Source: Deltaproteobacteria bacterium (GTDB lineage: Bacteria; Myxococcota_A; Polyangia; Fen-1088). Taken from it: DNA of 64,000 bases. Made by a program: the position numbers and the translations under genes. The notes under the pieces are model-generated. The model was given only the letters and a program-made list of their open reading frames with translations, did not search any database and was not told the DNA's origin. The stretch covers positions 544,001 to 608,000 of the forward strand of contig JANRKS010000032.1 in assembly GCA_033763315.1 (NCBI GenBank). Reading direction: 5' to 3'. This document shows positions 17,768 through 26,460 of this stretch, one piece after another. Each line of letters begins with the position of its first letter. The first letter of the stretch is position 1.

Positions 17768-18856
17768 CTAGCCCACGACCGTGGGCAGCGGCGGCTCGAA
17801 GGTCTTGCTTGAATCGGCGAACACCCGCGCCCGCGCCGCGTCCAGGTGCACAACATCGCCCGCCACCAAAGCCAGCCGATCCACTTCGTCTTGCGGCATG
17901 TGCACCGAAAGCGATTCACCGCTTTGGGTGGTGACATCCACCTTGGCGATGGAGCCAGCAAACACCAGCCGCGCCACGGTCACAGGGGTGCCATAGTTGG
18001 GATCGCGGCTGATGCGCAGGTCGTGCGGCCTCACGATCGTGCGCACGGGGGAGCCATCGGGCATGCGTTCGGTGACGGTGACGTCCACGCCAGGGGCGCT
18101 CGCGCGGCCGTTGCTCACGCGACCCATCAACACGTTGGCCATGCCCACGAACGACGCCACGAAAGGCGTGCGCGGCGCTTCGTAAATTTCGCGTGGCGTG
18201 CCCACCTGGTGGATGCGTCCTCGATCAAGGACAACGATGCGATCCGATAGCTCAAGCGCCTCTTCCTGATCGTGCGTCACCATCAACGTGGTGATGTGCG
18301 TGCGTTCGTGCAATTCGCGCAGAAACTGTCGCAACTCCAACCGCACTTGCGCGTCCAAGGCGCCAAAGGGTTCATCCAGCAGCAAGATCTTGGGGTGGGG
18401 GGCCAAGGCGCGTGCAAAACCCACGCGTTGACGTTGCCCGCCTGAAAGTTGTGACGGGTAGCGATGGCCGAGCCCCTGCAGCTTTACCAGATCAAGCAGC
18501 TCTTCCACACGGGCATCGATCTGCGCTTGCTTCATCTTGCGCACGCGCAAGCCAAACGCGATGTTCTCTTTGATGTTCATGTCGGGGAACAGCGCGAAGG
18601 TTTGAAACACGAAACCAAAGCTGCGATCGCGCACGGGCGTGAAGGTGATGTCTTCGTCGCCCAAGATCACGCGGCCCTCATCGGCGGTTTCAAGGCCTGA
18701 AATCACGCGCAGAAGCGTGGTCTTGCCCGAACCCGAGGGGCCCAGCAGCGTTGTTATGCCGCCGGGGGCCGCCTCGAAGCTGGTTTCAAAGATCGCAGGT
18801 GTGCCTTTGAGCGTGAATCGTTTGGTCAGTTTTTCAACGGTCAGCGTTCGAATCAT
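17768..18856 (-). CDS. cysA: Sulfate/thiosulfate ABC transporter ATP-binding subunit
   Basis: Walker A GPSGSGKT, signature LSGGQRQR, LLLDEPFGALD, VTHDQEEA, C-terminal TOBE-like region. Operon context. Confidence 0.92.
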   Translation of the reverse strand: MIRTLTVEKLTKRFTLKGTPAIFETSFEAAPGGITTLLGPSGSGKTTLLRVISGLETADEGRVILGDEDITFTPVRDRSFGFVFQTFALFPDMNIKENIAFGLRVRKMKQAQIDARVEELLDLVKLQGLGHRYPSQLSGGQRQRVGFARALAPHPKILLLDEPFGALDAQVRLELRQFLRELHERTHITTLMVTHDQEEALELSDRIVVLDRGRIHQVGTPREIYEAPRTPFVASFVGMANVLMGRVSNGRASAPGVDVTVTERMPDGSPVRTIVRPHDLRISRDPNYGTPVTVARLVFAGSIAKVDVTTQSGESLSVHMPQDEVDRLALVAGDVVHLDAARARVFADSSKTFEPPLPTVVG

Positions 18857-19733
18857 GACGCAGTCCTTCTTGATACCACTCAAAAAGCTTCTTCGTGCTC
18901 AAGGTGATCACTGCCACCAAGGTTAGCAACGACGCCACGGCAAAGGCGCTCGTAAAGTCATACTCGTTGTAAAGGATTTCGACCTGCAGCGGCATCGTGT
19001 TGGTTTCGCCGCGGATGTGGCCCGAAACCACCGAAACGGCACCGAATTCACCTAACGCGCGGGCTGTGCATAACACCACACCGTAAAGCACCGCCCACTT
19101 GATCTTGGGCAGTGTGACACGAAAGAACACGGTGAAGCCGCTCGCACCCAAGGTCAGCGCGGCCTCTTCTTCATCGTTGCCAGCGGCTTCGAGGGCTGGC
19201 AGCACTTCGCGCGCCACGAAGGGGAATGTGACGAACGCGGTGGCCAGCACGATGCCCGGCAACGCAAAGATGATTTTAATGTCGTGGCTTTGCAGCCAGG
19301 GGCCAAGCAGGCCCTGCGCACCAAACAGCAGCACGAAGATAAGGCCGCTGATCACGGGCGACACGCTAAATGGCAAGTCGATCACCGTGCTGAGCAGACG
19401 CCGGCCCCAAAAGCGATGCTTGGTGAGCAGCCACGCCGCCGATACGCCGAAGATCGTGTTGGCGGGCACCACAATCAAGGCGGCAAACAACGACAAGCGA
19501 ATGGCGGCCCACGTCTCAGGGTTGGCCAGCGCGGCGGCGTATCCCGCCCAGCCTTTGCGAAAGGCCTCCACGAACACCAGCGCCAAGGGCAGGGCCACCA
19601 AGCCGCCCAATCCCACCACGGTAAACGTGATCAAGATGGCGCGCACGCCAAGCGGTTCCGTGATCACAGCCTTGTTCGCACGTCGGCGGGCCTCGGTTGA
19701 AACGGGCACCAACCCAGGAACGGCGCTAGCCAT
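18834..19733 (-). CDS. cysW: Sulfate ABC transporter permease CysW
   Basis: IDLPFSVSPVISGL, FVTFPFVARE, EEEAALTLGA, GEFGAVSVVSGHIRG.TNTMPL. Confidence 0.95.
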   Translation of the reverse strand: MASAVPGLVPVSTEARRRANKAVITEPLGVRAILITFTVVGLGGLVALPLALVFVEAFRKGWAGYAAALANPETWAAIRLSLFAALIVVPANTIFGVSAAWLLTKHRFWGRRLLSTVIDLPFSVSPVISGLIFVLLFGAQGLLGPWLQSHDIKIIFALPGIVLATAFVTFPFVAREVLPALEAAGNDEEEAALTLGASGFTVFFRVTLPKIKWAVLYGVVLCTARALGEFGAVSVVSGHIRGETNTMPLQVEILYNEYDFTSAFAVASLLTLVAVITLSTKKLFEWYQEGLRHDSNADR

Positions 19734-20580
19734 TGAACGTTCGCCTCCGCAATTGCATTTGCAACAGATTCACCGCCAGCAACGTGAGGAACGATCCCGC
19801 CAACATCACCAGCGCGAGCGCTGTGGCTTCGGCGTATTGGTATTGTTCAAGCTGCGTGACGATGAGCAGCGGCACGATCTCTGTGGCGAAAGGCATGTTG
19901 CCCGAGATGAACACCACCGAACCGTATTCGCCCACGGCTCGCGCAAACGCCAAAGCAAACCCCGTGAGCAGCGCGGGCCACAAGGAAGGCAACAACACCT
20001 TGACGAAGGTTCGCCAGCGGCTGGCGCCCAACACCGCGGCGGCCTCTTCGGTTTGCGGATCCAGCGACAGCAACAGGGGCTCGACCGTGCGAATCACAAA
20101 AGGAATGCCCACGAAAATCATGGCGACGATCACGCCAATCGGCGCGAAGGCCACTTTGATCCCCCATGGTTCGAGCCAGCGGCCAATCAGCCCTTCGGGG
20201 GCGTAAAGCGTCGTCAGTGTGATGCCGGCAACCGCGGTGGGCAACGCCAAGGGCAAGTCCACCAAAGCGTCCACAAACGCACGACCTGGGAAACGGTAAC
20301 GCGCCAACGTCCATGCGAAGACCACGCCTAAAGCCAGGTTCACAAACGCCGCCACCGCCGCGCCGCCAAAGCTAAGCTTGTAAGCGGCGAGCGCGCGCGG
20401 CGAAGACACCGCCGCCCAGAAATCCGCCCACGACAAGCTGGTGGTGCGCCACACCAACGCCGCCAACGGAATCAGCACGAGCAGCGTGACGTATGAAAGC
20501 GTGATGCCAAGGGTCAGGCCGAAGCCTGGCAGCGCGGCTTTGGCGCGCGCGCGGCGGCGGCCTTTGATGAGCGCGGTCAC
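19726..20580 (-). CDS. cysT: Sulfate ABC transporter permease CysT (CysU)
   Basis: LPGFGLTLG, DLP.ALPTAVAGI.L, PFV.RTV.P, ARA.GEYGSV.FI.GNMP..TEI. Confidence 0.95.
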   Translation of the reverse strand: MTALIKGRRRARAKAALPGFGLTLGITLSYVTLLVLIPLAALVWRTTSLSWADFWAAVSSPRALAAYKLSFGGAAVAAFVNLALGVVFAWTLARYRFPGRAFVDALVDLPLALPTAVAGITLTTLYAPEGLIGRWLEPWGIKVAFAPIGVIVAMIFVGIPFVIRTVEPLLLSLDPQTEEAAAVLGASRWRTFVKVLLPSLWPALLTGFALAFARAVGEYGSVVFISGNMPFATEIVPLLIVTQLEQYQYAEATALALVMLAGSFLTLLAVNLLQMQLRRRTFNG

Positions 20581-20589
20581 GGCGATTCT

Positions 20590-21615
20590 CTAACGTCGCG
20601 CCGTGGCGTAGATCTGGTCGAAAGAAGCGCCATCGGCAAAGTGCGCTTTTTGCGCCGCCTGCCAACCGCCGAAGTCTTTGGCCACCGTGACCAGCTCAAT
20701 CTTAGGGAATTGCGCCGCCCACTTCGCCGCCACCGCCTTGTCGCGCGGCCGATAGAAATTCTTGGCGATGATCTCTTGCGCTTGCGGGGCGTAAAGATAC
20801 CTCAAGTATTCTTGCGCCAACGCCAAGGTGCCGCGCTTGCTGGCCACCTTCTCAACCACCGCCACCGAAGGTTCGGCCAAAATGCTCAATGACGGCACAA
20901 CGATCGCGAACTTGTCAGCGCCGAATTCGCGCAGGATGAGGTGCGCTTCGCTTTCCCACGAGATCAACACATCGCCAATGCCTCGCTGGGCAAACGTGGT
21001 GGTCGCACCGCGGGCGCCTGAGTCAAGCACAGGCACGTTCTTGAACAGATCGCGAATGTAGCCTTGCGTCTTGCTGTTGTCGCCTTTCCACTGCTTGGTC
21101 GCCCAAGCCCAGGCTGCCAGGTAGTTCCACCGCGCGCCGCCCGAAGTCTTCGGGTTTGGTGTGATGACTTTGGTGCCCGCTTTGGTCAAGTCGCCCCAGT
21201 CTTTGATCCCTTTGGGGTTGTTCTTCCGCACCACGAACACAATCGTGGACGTATAAGGGGTGCTGTTGTCTGGAAGCTTGCTTTGCCAGTTCTTGGGCAG
21301 CAGGTCACTCTTCTCCGCAATGGCATCCACATCCAACGCCAAGGCCAAGGTCACCACGTCGGCGGGCAAGCCATCAATGACGGCGCGGGCCTGCTTGCCC
21401 GAACCCCCGTGGGACTGTTTGATCTGCGGCGTGGCGCCCTTGGTCTTCTTCCAGTGTTCCGTGAACAGTTTGTTGTAGTCCACGAACAGCTCACGGGTGG
21501 GATCGTACGACGCATTCAAGATGGCGTCTTCGGCGGATGCCACGCGGGAGCACCCTAGCGCAACAACAGCAGCGGCAAAAACCAGGCGGCGGGTGAACGT
21601 GAACGACCGATTCAT
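20590..21615 (-). CDS. sbp: Sulfate-binding periplasmic protein
   Basis: Signal peptide, [53 protein letters not shown]. Confidence 0.95.
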   Translation of the reverse strand: MNRSFTFTRRLVFAAAVVALGCSRVASAEDAILNASYDPTRELFVDYNKLFTEHWKKTKGATPQIKQSHGGSGKQARAVIDGLPADVVTLALALDVDAIAEKSDLLPKNWQSKLPDNSTPYTSTIVFVVRKNNPKGIKDWGDLTKAGTKVITPNPKTSGGARWNYLAAWAWATKQWKGDNSKTQGYIRDLFKNVPVLDSGARGATTTFAQRGIGDVLISWESEAHLILREFGADKFAIVVPSLSILAEPSVAVVEKVASKRGTLALAQEYLRYLYAPQAQEIIAKNFYRPRDKAVAAKWAAQFPKIELVTVAKDFGGWQAAQKAHFADGASFDQIYATARR

Positions 21616-21623
21616 AATTAGAG

Positions 21624-21698
21624 ACGGTAGTCTGGTATAGTGGACAAGTCAAGCAACTGTTCCGTTTGGCGGACGAAAGTCTTGTATTACAACAAGAC
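21624..21698. promoter_or_regulatory. Divergent sbp/XRE control region with a sigma70 promoter and palindromic operator candidates
   Basis: Minus strand TTGACT (21652-21647), 17 nt, TACCGT (21629-21624), 8 nt before the sbp ATG. GTC-N10-GAC box at 21630-21645. GT-N12-AC box at 21659-21674. Inverted repeat GTCTTGT-N6-ACAAGAC at 21679-21698. Confidence 0.6.
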
Positions 21699-21715
21699 CG
21701 CTTTAAACTGGAGCC

Positions 21716-22363
21716 GTGAGCACCGCAGCGAAATCCAAGACCGAAGCCAAGGCCAACCGGGGGTCCAAGCGCGAGGGGGCCATCCCTGCCGGCGACGACG
21801 TGGGGGCCGCTGACCTGACCCGCCGCATCGCGCAGCGCCTGAAATCGGAACGAGCGGCGCGCAATATGTCGTTGGATGAGTTGGCAAAGGCCTCCGGGGT
21901 CAGCCGGGCGGCGCTGTCTCAGATTGAAACGCTCAAGAGCAACCCCTCGATTGGGGTGCTTTGGAAGATCGCCGTGGGCTTGGGCTTGCCTTTCGCCGAG
22001 CTGCTGGACGAGCAACGCCACGAAGGCGCCGTCCTGCGCCGGGGTGAGACGCAGGTGCTCAAGTCGCCGGATGGCCGGTTTGAAAGCCGCCCTTTGTCGC
22101 CCGCGGGCGTCACGCCGTTCGTGGAGGTGTACGAGCTTCGGCTGGCGGCTCGCGCCCGCTATGCATCCGAAGCCCATGCGCCCGGCACGCGCGAGATCTT
22201 GGTGGTGCTCAGCGGCCTGCTGAAGGTCAGCGTTGGCGACAGCGTGTTTGAGTTGGAGCCTGGTGATTCGTTGGCGTTCGTGGCGGATCAGCCGCACGTC
22301 TACGAGAACCCCGCCAACAGCGAAGCCCGTTACCACAACGTCATCGTTTACGGACGAACATAG
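21716..22363 (+). CDS. XRE-family HTH + cupin transcriptional regulator (SutR/PuuR-like)
   Basis: SLDELAKASGVSRAALSQIE..KSNPSI.VLWKIA, then a cupin with HAPGTRE and F.ADQPH.YEN. Confidence 0.92.
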   Translation: MSTAAKSKTEAKANRGSKREGAIPAGDDVGAADLTRRIAQRLKSERAARNMSLDELAKASGVSRAALSQIETLKSNPSIGVLWKIAVGLGLPFAELLDEQRHEGAVLRRGETQVLKSPDGRFESRPLSPAGVTPFVEVYELRLAARARYASEAHAPGTREILVVLSGLLKVSVGDSVFELEPGDSLAFVADQPHVYENPANSEARYHNVIVYGRT

Positions 22364-22368
22364 GCGTT

Positions 22369-22977
22369 TCACCGGCTGGCGATGCGCGACTGCGCCGCGG
22401 CCTTACGCTCTTGCCACGCGGCGAGCACGCGACGCACGTAGGCTTGGGTTTCTCGAATGTCGGGCACGCGATCCTTTACGTTTCCTGGGCCTGCATTGTA
22501 GGCGGCGATGGCCAGCGGCCACTGGTGGTACCGCTTCATCAGACGCGAAAGATAGCGGCCGCCCGCATCCACGTTGGTTTGTGGATCGAACGGATCCAAC
22601 ACGTGCAAGTCGGCGGCGGTGCCGGGCATCAGTTGCGCGGGCCCCATCGCGCCCGTGGGCGAGATGCGATGAACTTGGTTGTTTGATTCGATCGTCACCA
22701 GCGCGGCCAGCAAGTGCCGGGGCAACTTGTGGCGCCGTTCTGTTTGTGCAATCCACGCGTCCAAATCCAGCACGTCGTGCCCTTGGCCAAGGCAGCCCGC
22801 ACGGTGGTGCGCGTAGGCAGCCAGCGCGTGTGCTTTTTGTTTCAAAAAAAACGGCGACAAAGGGAACACGGCGCTGCTGCCACAGATGGCCACCGTTAGG
22901 TTCAAAGCTGCCAATGGCGACAGCGCCACCAAGGCGACCCACAACCAGCGGTGACTTCTTGTTATTGCCTTGGCCAC
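22369..22977 (-). CDS. Lytic transglycosylase (SLT domain), membrane-anchored or exported
   Basis: ALVTIES (catalytic Glu), SPTGAMGPAQLMPGTA, AAYNAGPG, ETQAYV. N-terminal hydrophobic segment. Confidence 0.9.
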   Translation of the reverse strand: MAKAITRSHRWLWVALVALSPLAALNLTVAICGSSAVFPLSPFFLKQKAHALAAYAHHRAGCLGQGHDVLDLDAWIAQTERRHKLPRHLLAALVTIESNNQVHRISPTGAMGPAQLMPGTAADLHVLDPFDPQTNVDAGGRYLSRLMKRYHQWPLAIAAYNAGPGNVKDRVPDIRETQAYVRRVLAAWQERKAAAQSRIASR

Positions 22978-23057
22978 GGCCGGCCAGTTTCGTCCGTTGC
23001 ACGCCTGCGCGCAAGAAACCGTATGCGCTCCGCCCCGCTTGCTAGGCTACGCACGTT

Positions 23058-23735
23058 TTGTCGTCGCCCGCGCCCATAAGAGTTCTGCTGATCGGCAACA
23101 GCCACACTCACGTCAACAATGTGCCTGCGTTGTTGCAGAAGGTACTTGTGTGGGGCACAGGGCGGCCCGTCACCTGCTTGGGCTGCACCACAGACAGCGT
23201 GAGCCTGCAATGGCACTGGAATCACCACGCGTCTCGGCGCGCGCTGGATGCAGGGCCTTACGATTTTGTCGTGTTGCAAGATCGCAGCGGTGCGCCGCTT
23301 GAAGATCCGCATTCAACGCGCACCTACGCAGGCCTGTGGTGTGACGCCGTGAAACACCACAACGCCGAACCCGTGCTCTATATGACGTGGGCCTTGGCAG
23401 ACGCGCCGCAGACACAGCGCCAGATCAGCATGGTCTACGACGAAGTGGCGGCCGCGCATGGAGCCCACGTGGCCCCGGTGGGGTTGGCCTGGCAGCGCGC
23501 GGGCTATATGGCGCACAAGCCAGCGCTTTATGATCCTGACGGGCGTCATGCGGCGCCCGCCGGATCGTTTTTGGCGGCCGCCGTTGTGGCGCAAACCATC
23601 GCCCCCGACGTGTCGTGGCGTGCCTTGCGCGAGCCGCCACCGGTGTTTGCTTCACTGTCGCCCGAACAGGTGTTGACGCTGATGAGCGTCGCCGCACAAA
23701 CAATTCTTGCACGTCTACGCCCCGCGGGGGCGTAA
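23058..23735 (+). CDS. SGNH/GDSL-like hydrolase family protein
   Basis: VLLIGNSHT, D.VVLQ, LYMTWA, APVG.AW, LYDPDGRH...AGSFLAA. Confidence 0.8.
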   Translation: MSSPAPIRVLLIGNSHTHVNNVPALLQKVLVWGTGRPVTCLGCTTDSVSLQWHWNHHASRRALDAGPYDFVVLQDRSGAPLEDPHSTRTYAGLWCDAVKHHNAEPVLYMTWALADAPQTQRQISMVYDEVAAAHGAHVAPVGLAWQRAGYMAHKPALYDPDGRHAAPAGSFLAAAVVAQTIAPDVSWRALREPPPVFASLSPEQVLTLMSVAAQTILARLRPAGA

Positions 23736-23749
23736 CATCGTTGATTCGC

Positions 23750-24376
23750 ATGCAACGTCGTCCGCCCGCCACACACCCCGCCTCCAAGGCGAAACCATCT
23801 GACGAAGCCGATGAGTCACAGGCCGCTGCAAAAGAGGAAAAGAATTACATCACGCCCGCGGGTTACAGGCGGCTGACCGAAGAGCTCGATTACCTGCGGT
23901 TCAAGAAGCGCTCGGAGGTTGTGAGCGCGCTGTCGGACGCGGCCGCTGAAGGTGATCGTTCGGAGAACGCGGAATACATCTATCGCAAGAAGCAGTTGCG
24001 GGAGATCGACAAGCGCATTCGTTTCTTGGCGAAGCGGATCGACGTGGCGGTGGTGACCGACCCGCGCGAGCAAAAACAAACCGAGCGAGTGTTTTTCGGC
24101 GCCACCGTAACCGTGGAAGATGGCAACGGCGAACAGGCCACTTACCGCATCGTGGGGGTCGACGAGATCGACGGCGTCAACCACGCCATTTCGTGGCGAT
24201 CCCCGGTGGGCCGCGCGCTGCTGGGCAAACGGCTTGATGACACCGTGACCGTCGCCTTGAACGCAGGCGCGCGTGAGCTCACCATCGTGGAGATCTCGTA
24301 CGCCATCCCCGCCACGCAAGACAGCTCGCCCCCGGCATATCTTTCCCCCGAGCGGAAACTTTTGCCTAACCGCTAG
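23750..24376 (+). CDS. greB: Transcription elongation factor GreB
   Basis: NYITP.GY.RL..EL, AA.EGDRSENAEYIY.KK.LREID.RIRFL, VFFGATV, ISW.SP..RALL. Confidence 0.95.
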   Translation: MQRRPPATHPASKAKPSDEADESQAAAKEEKNYITPAGYRRLTEELDYLRFKKRSEVVSALSDAAAEGDRSENAEYIYRKKQLREIDKRIRFLAKRIDVAVVTDPREQKQTERVFFGATVTVEDGNGEQATYRIVGVDEIDGVNHAISWRSPVGRALLGKRLDDTVTVALNAGARELTIVEISYAIPATQDSSPPAYLSPERKLLPNR

Positions 24377-24409
24377 GCCGCGCGGCGCCACGCCTTTGAC
24401 ATGTTTGTT

Positions 24410-24425
24410 CGGCCCTGATCTTGCT
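24410..24425 (+). promoter_or_regulatory. sigma54-type promoter of the flgF-like gene
   Basis: CGGCCCTGATCTTGCT, GG-N10-GC. RBS GAGGA before ATG 24467. Confidence 0.55.
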
Positions 24426-24466
24426 GTTGTGAAGGCACGTCGGCTTTCCGACATAGCGAGGAAATC

Positions 24467-25168
24467 ATGTCGAATGGTCTTTATGTATCAATGGCAGGCG
24501 CGGCCGCTCGGTCGGAGCAATTGGACGCGATTTCCGACAACTTAGCCAACGTGCAGACACCAGGCTTTCGGTCGACGAAGGTGGCGTTTCAATCCTTTTT
24601 GGCCTCGCCGGGTGTGACGGACAAGGTGTTTCCTGCCGCCGTGTCTTCCGGTTTGGACATGAAGCCCGGTCAGCAAGTTGTCACGGACAGCCCGATGGAC
24701 GTGGTGCCCGATGGCATGACCTTCATGGCCGTGGGGCAACCCAATGGCGCCGTTGCCTACACGCGCAATGGCGCCTTGCAAGTCATCAATAACACGTTGG
24801 TGTCGGGAGGCATGCCCGTCATGGACGTCACCGGCAAGGCGATCATGATTCCGCCAGATGGTGAACCTCGCATGGATCCCGATGGCAGCGTTTTCGTGGG
24901 CAGCCAAGTGGTGGGGCGTGTCGCTACGTTTGAGCTCAGCGGCAACATCCAGCGCTTGGGCGCCACATTGTATGCGCCAGGGCCGGGCGGTGCGGCCACC
25001 CCGGCGGCAGAGCCTGCATTGGCGGTGGGCGAGCTCGAAATGGGGTATCCGTTGGAAGCCAGCATCGGCATGATTACGGCCCAACGCAGCTACGATATGT
25101 CGATCAAAGCGCTTGAGACCTACCGCAGCCTCGACACCCGCGCCGTAGAGATTGGCCGCGTTCGCTGA
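24467..25168 (+). CDS. flgF: Flagellar basal-body rod protein FlgF/FlgG family
   Basis: GLY.S..G......LD.IS.NLAN.QTPGF, T..PMDV, YTRNG, C-terminal MI.AQRSY. Confidence 0.8.
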   Translation: MSNGLYVSMAGAAARSEQLDAISDNLANVQTPGFRSTKVAFQSFLASPGVTDKVFPAAVSSGLDMKPGQQVVTDSPMDVVPDGMTFMAVGQPNGAVAYTRNGALQVINNTLVSGGMPVMDVTGKAIMIPPDGEPRMDPDGSVFVGSQVVGRVATFELSGNIQRLGATLYAPGPGGAATPAAEPALAVGELEMGYPLEASIGMITAQRSYDMSIKALETYRSLDTRAVEIGRVR

Positions 25169-25354
25169 CCCTGCCGCGCGAGTTACGTTGGTTTTCCGGT
25201 TACGAAACCCGGTCGAAATGCAAAGTCGCTAACTTCTATTGCGTCGAACCGACGAGCACTTCGGCCTCGGGACGTCACGGGCGCGGCGTGACCGCGTGTG
25301 TGAACGGATGACCCTGGCAGGCTGAAGAACCCATGGGGTCAAGGAGAAGGCTTC

Positions 25355-26338
25355 GTGAAGACAATGAATTTGATCAAGGTTGGGTTGGTCGGTTGTGGGT
25401 TGTTGGGCGGCGTTGCAACGAACACAGCACGGGCGGAAGAAGCCCCTGCGACGGTAAGCGCGGTGGGCACAGCGGTGGCGCCACCCGCAGCCCCCAAACC
25501 ACCATATTCGGTGCCATGGCAACTGCGGCCAGCCGCGGCTTTAACGGTGTTACGCTCTGACACGAGCGTCGCGTTTTATGACGCTCCTGACGCTGTCACG
25601 AAAGAAGATCGCTCTGGCTCAACCATCGCCAGCACGTTCTTGGCCAGCTACAAAGTCACCCCCGATTTTTCACCGCTGTTGCGATTGGCGGTTGTGCAGA
25701 ACTCAACCCCCGATGTCAGCCCGATGGCGGCGCCCAACGCCACGTCGTTCGTGAACCCCATTGTTGGTGCAACGTACGCTCGCAACATCGGCGTGTATAA
25801 ACTTGCCGGCTTCTTAGGTGCCACTGTGCCCATTGGTTCGGGCGGCGGCGACGCGCCAGACAAAGGTGAAGCGGAGGCGTCGGCGCGCGGCATTCAAGCG
25901 CGCTCGGCGATGGACAACGCGATGTTTGCGGTGAACTACTTCACAATGATTGCCGGCGCTGACGCGGCCTATGTGGCGAACAAACTCACCGTTCAGTTCG
26001 AGTTCACAGTGCTTGAGCTTCTGCGTGCCCGCGGCCCTGACACGCAAGACAAGCGCCGCACCAATTTCACCTCAGGCGTGCATGCAGGCTACTTCGTGCT
26101 GCCGATGTTATCATTGGGCGCCGAGGTTCGTTACCAACGCTGGCTGACCGATGCGGCGCCCGTCAAAGCCAATTCCAAAGCACGCGAATCTGTGACAGTG
26201 GCGTTTGGCCCGCGGTTTCACTTTAAGGTTGGCTCCCACTGGATCCGCCCAGGCATTTCATACTCGCGCTATTTGGACGAGCCCTTCTCTAAGAGCCACT
26301 ACCAAATGTTGCAGGTCGACGTGCCATTCATCTTTTGA
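25355..26338 (+). CDS. Exported hypothetical protein, probable outer-membrane beta-barrel
   Basis: Strong RBS AAGGAG, signal peptide ending ARA, YS.PWQLRP motif, amphipathic strands, ends VPFIF. Confidence 0.75.
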   Translation: MKTMNLIKVGLVGCGLLGGVATNTARAEEAPATVSAVGTAVAPPAAPKPPYSVPWQLRPAAALTVLRSDTSVAFYDAPDAVTKEDRSGSTIASTFLASYKVTPDFSPLLRLAVVQNSTPDVSPMAAPNATSFVNPIVGATYARNIGVYKLAGFLGATVPIGSGGGDAPDKGEAEASARGIQARSAMDNAMFAVNYFTMIAGADAAYVANKLTVQFEFTVLELLRARGPDTQDKRRTNFTSGVHAGYFVLPMLSLGAEVRYQRWLTDAAPVKANSKARESVTVAFGPRFHFKVGSHWIRPGISYSRYLDEPFSKSHYQMLQVDVPFIF

Positions 26339-26460
26339 TAGACCAAACGGCATCGCAACGTCGCTTGTCCGGTATCTGAGCCCCCGCCCTTGATGAGTCT
26401 GCGGTTTTAGGCGACTCTTGCTTGGCGCACCGCCATCTAGCGTGCGAAGGGGGGCCCAGG

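Noticed and set aside
19099-20331. 410-aa plus-strand ORF and similar long antisense ORFs (e.g. 2948-3748, 21491-22372, 33298-34206, 55402-56433, 61740-62672)
   Set aside because: They overlap well-supported genes on the other strand or frame and have no motifs, as expected for shadow ORFs in GC-rich DNA.
22369-22977. Lytic transglycosylase as a sign of a prophage or conjugative element
   Set aside because: Flanked by housekeeping genes, with no phage, integrase or secretion genes nearby.
25169-25354. Possible riboswitch in the leader of the OMP gene (GACCC...GGGTC hairpin beside the RBS)
   Set aside because: I could not match it to any riboswitch consensus; a short hairpin alone is insufficient. 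An Rfam/Infernal scan would settle it.
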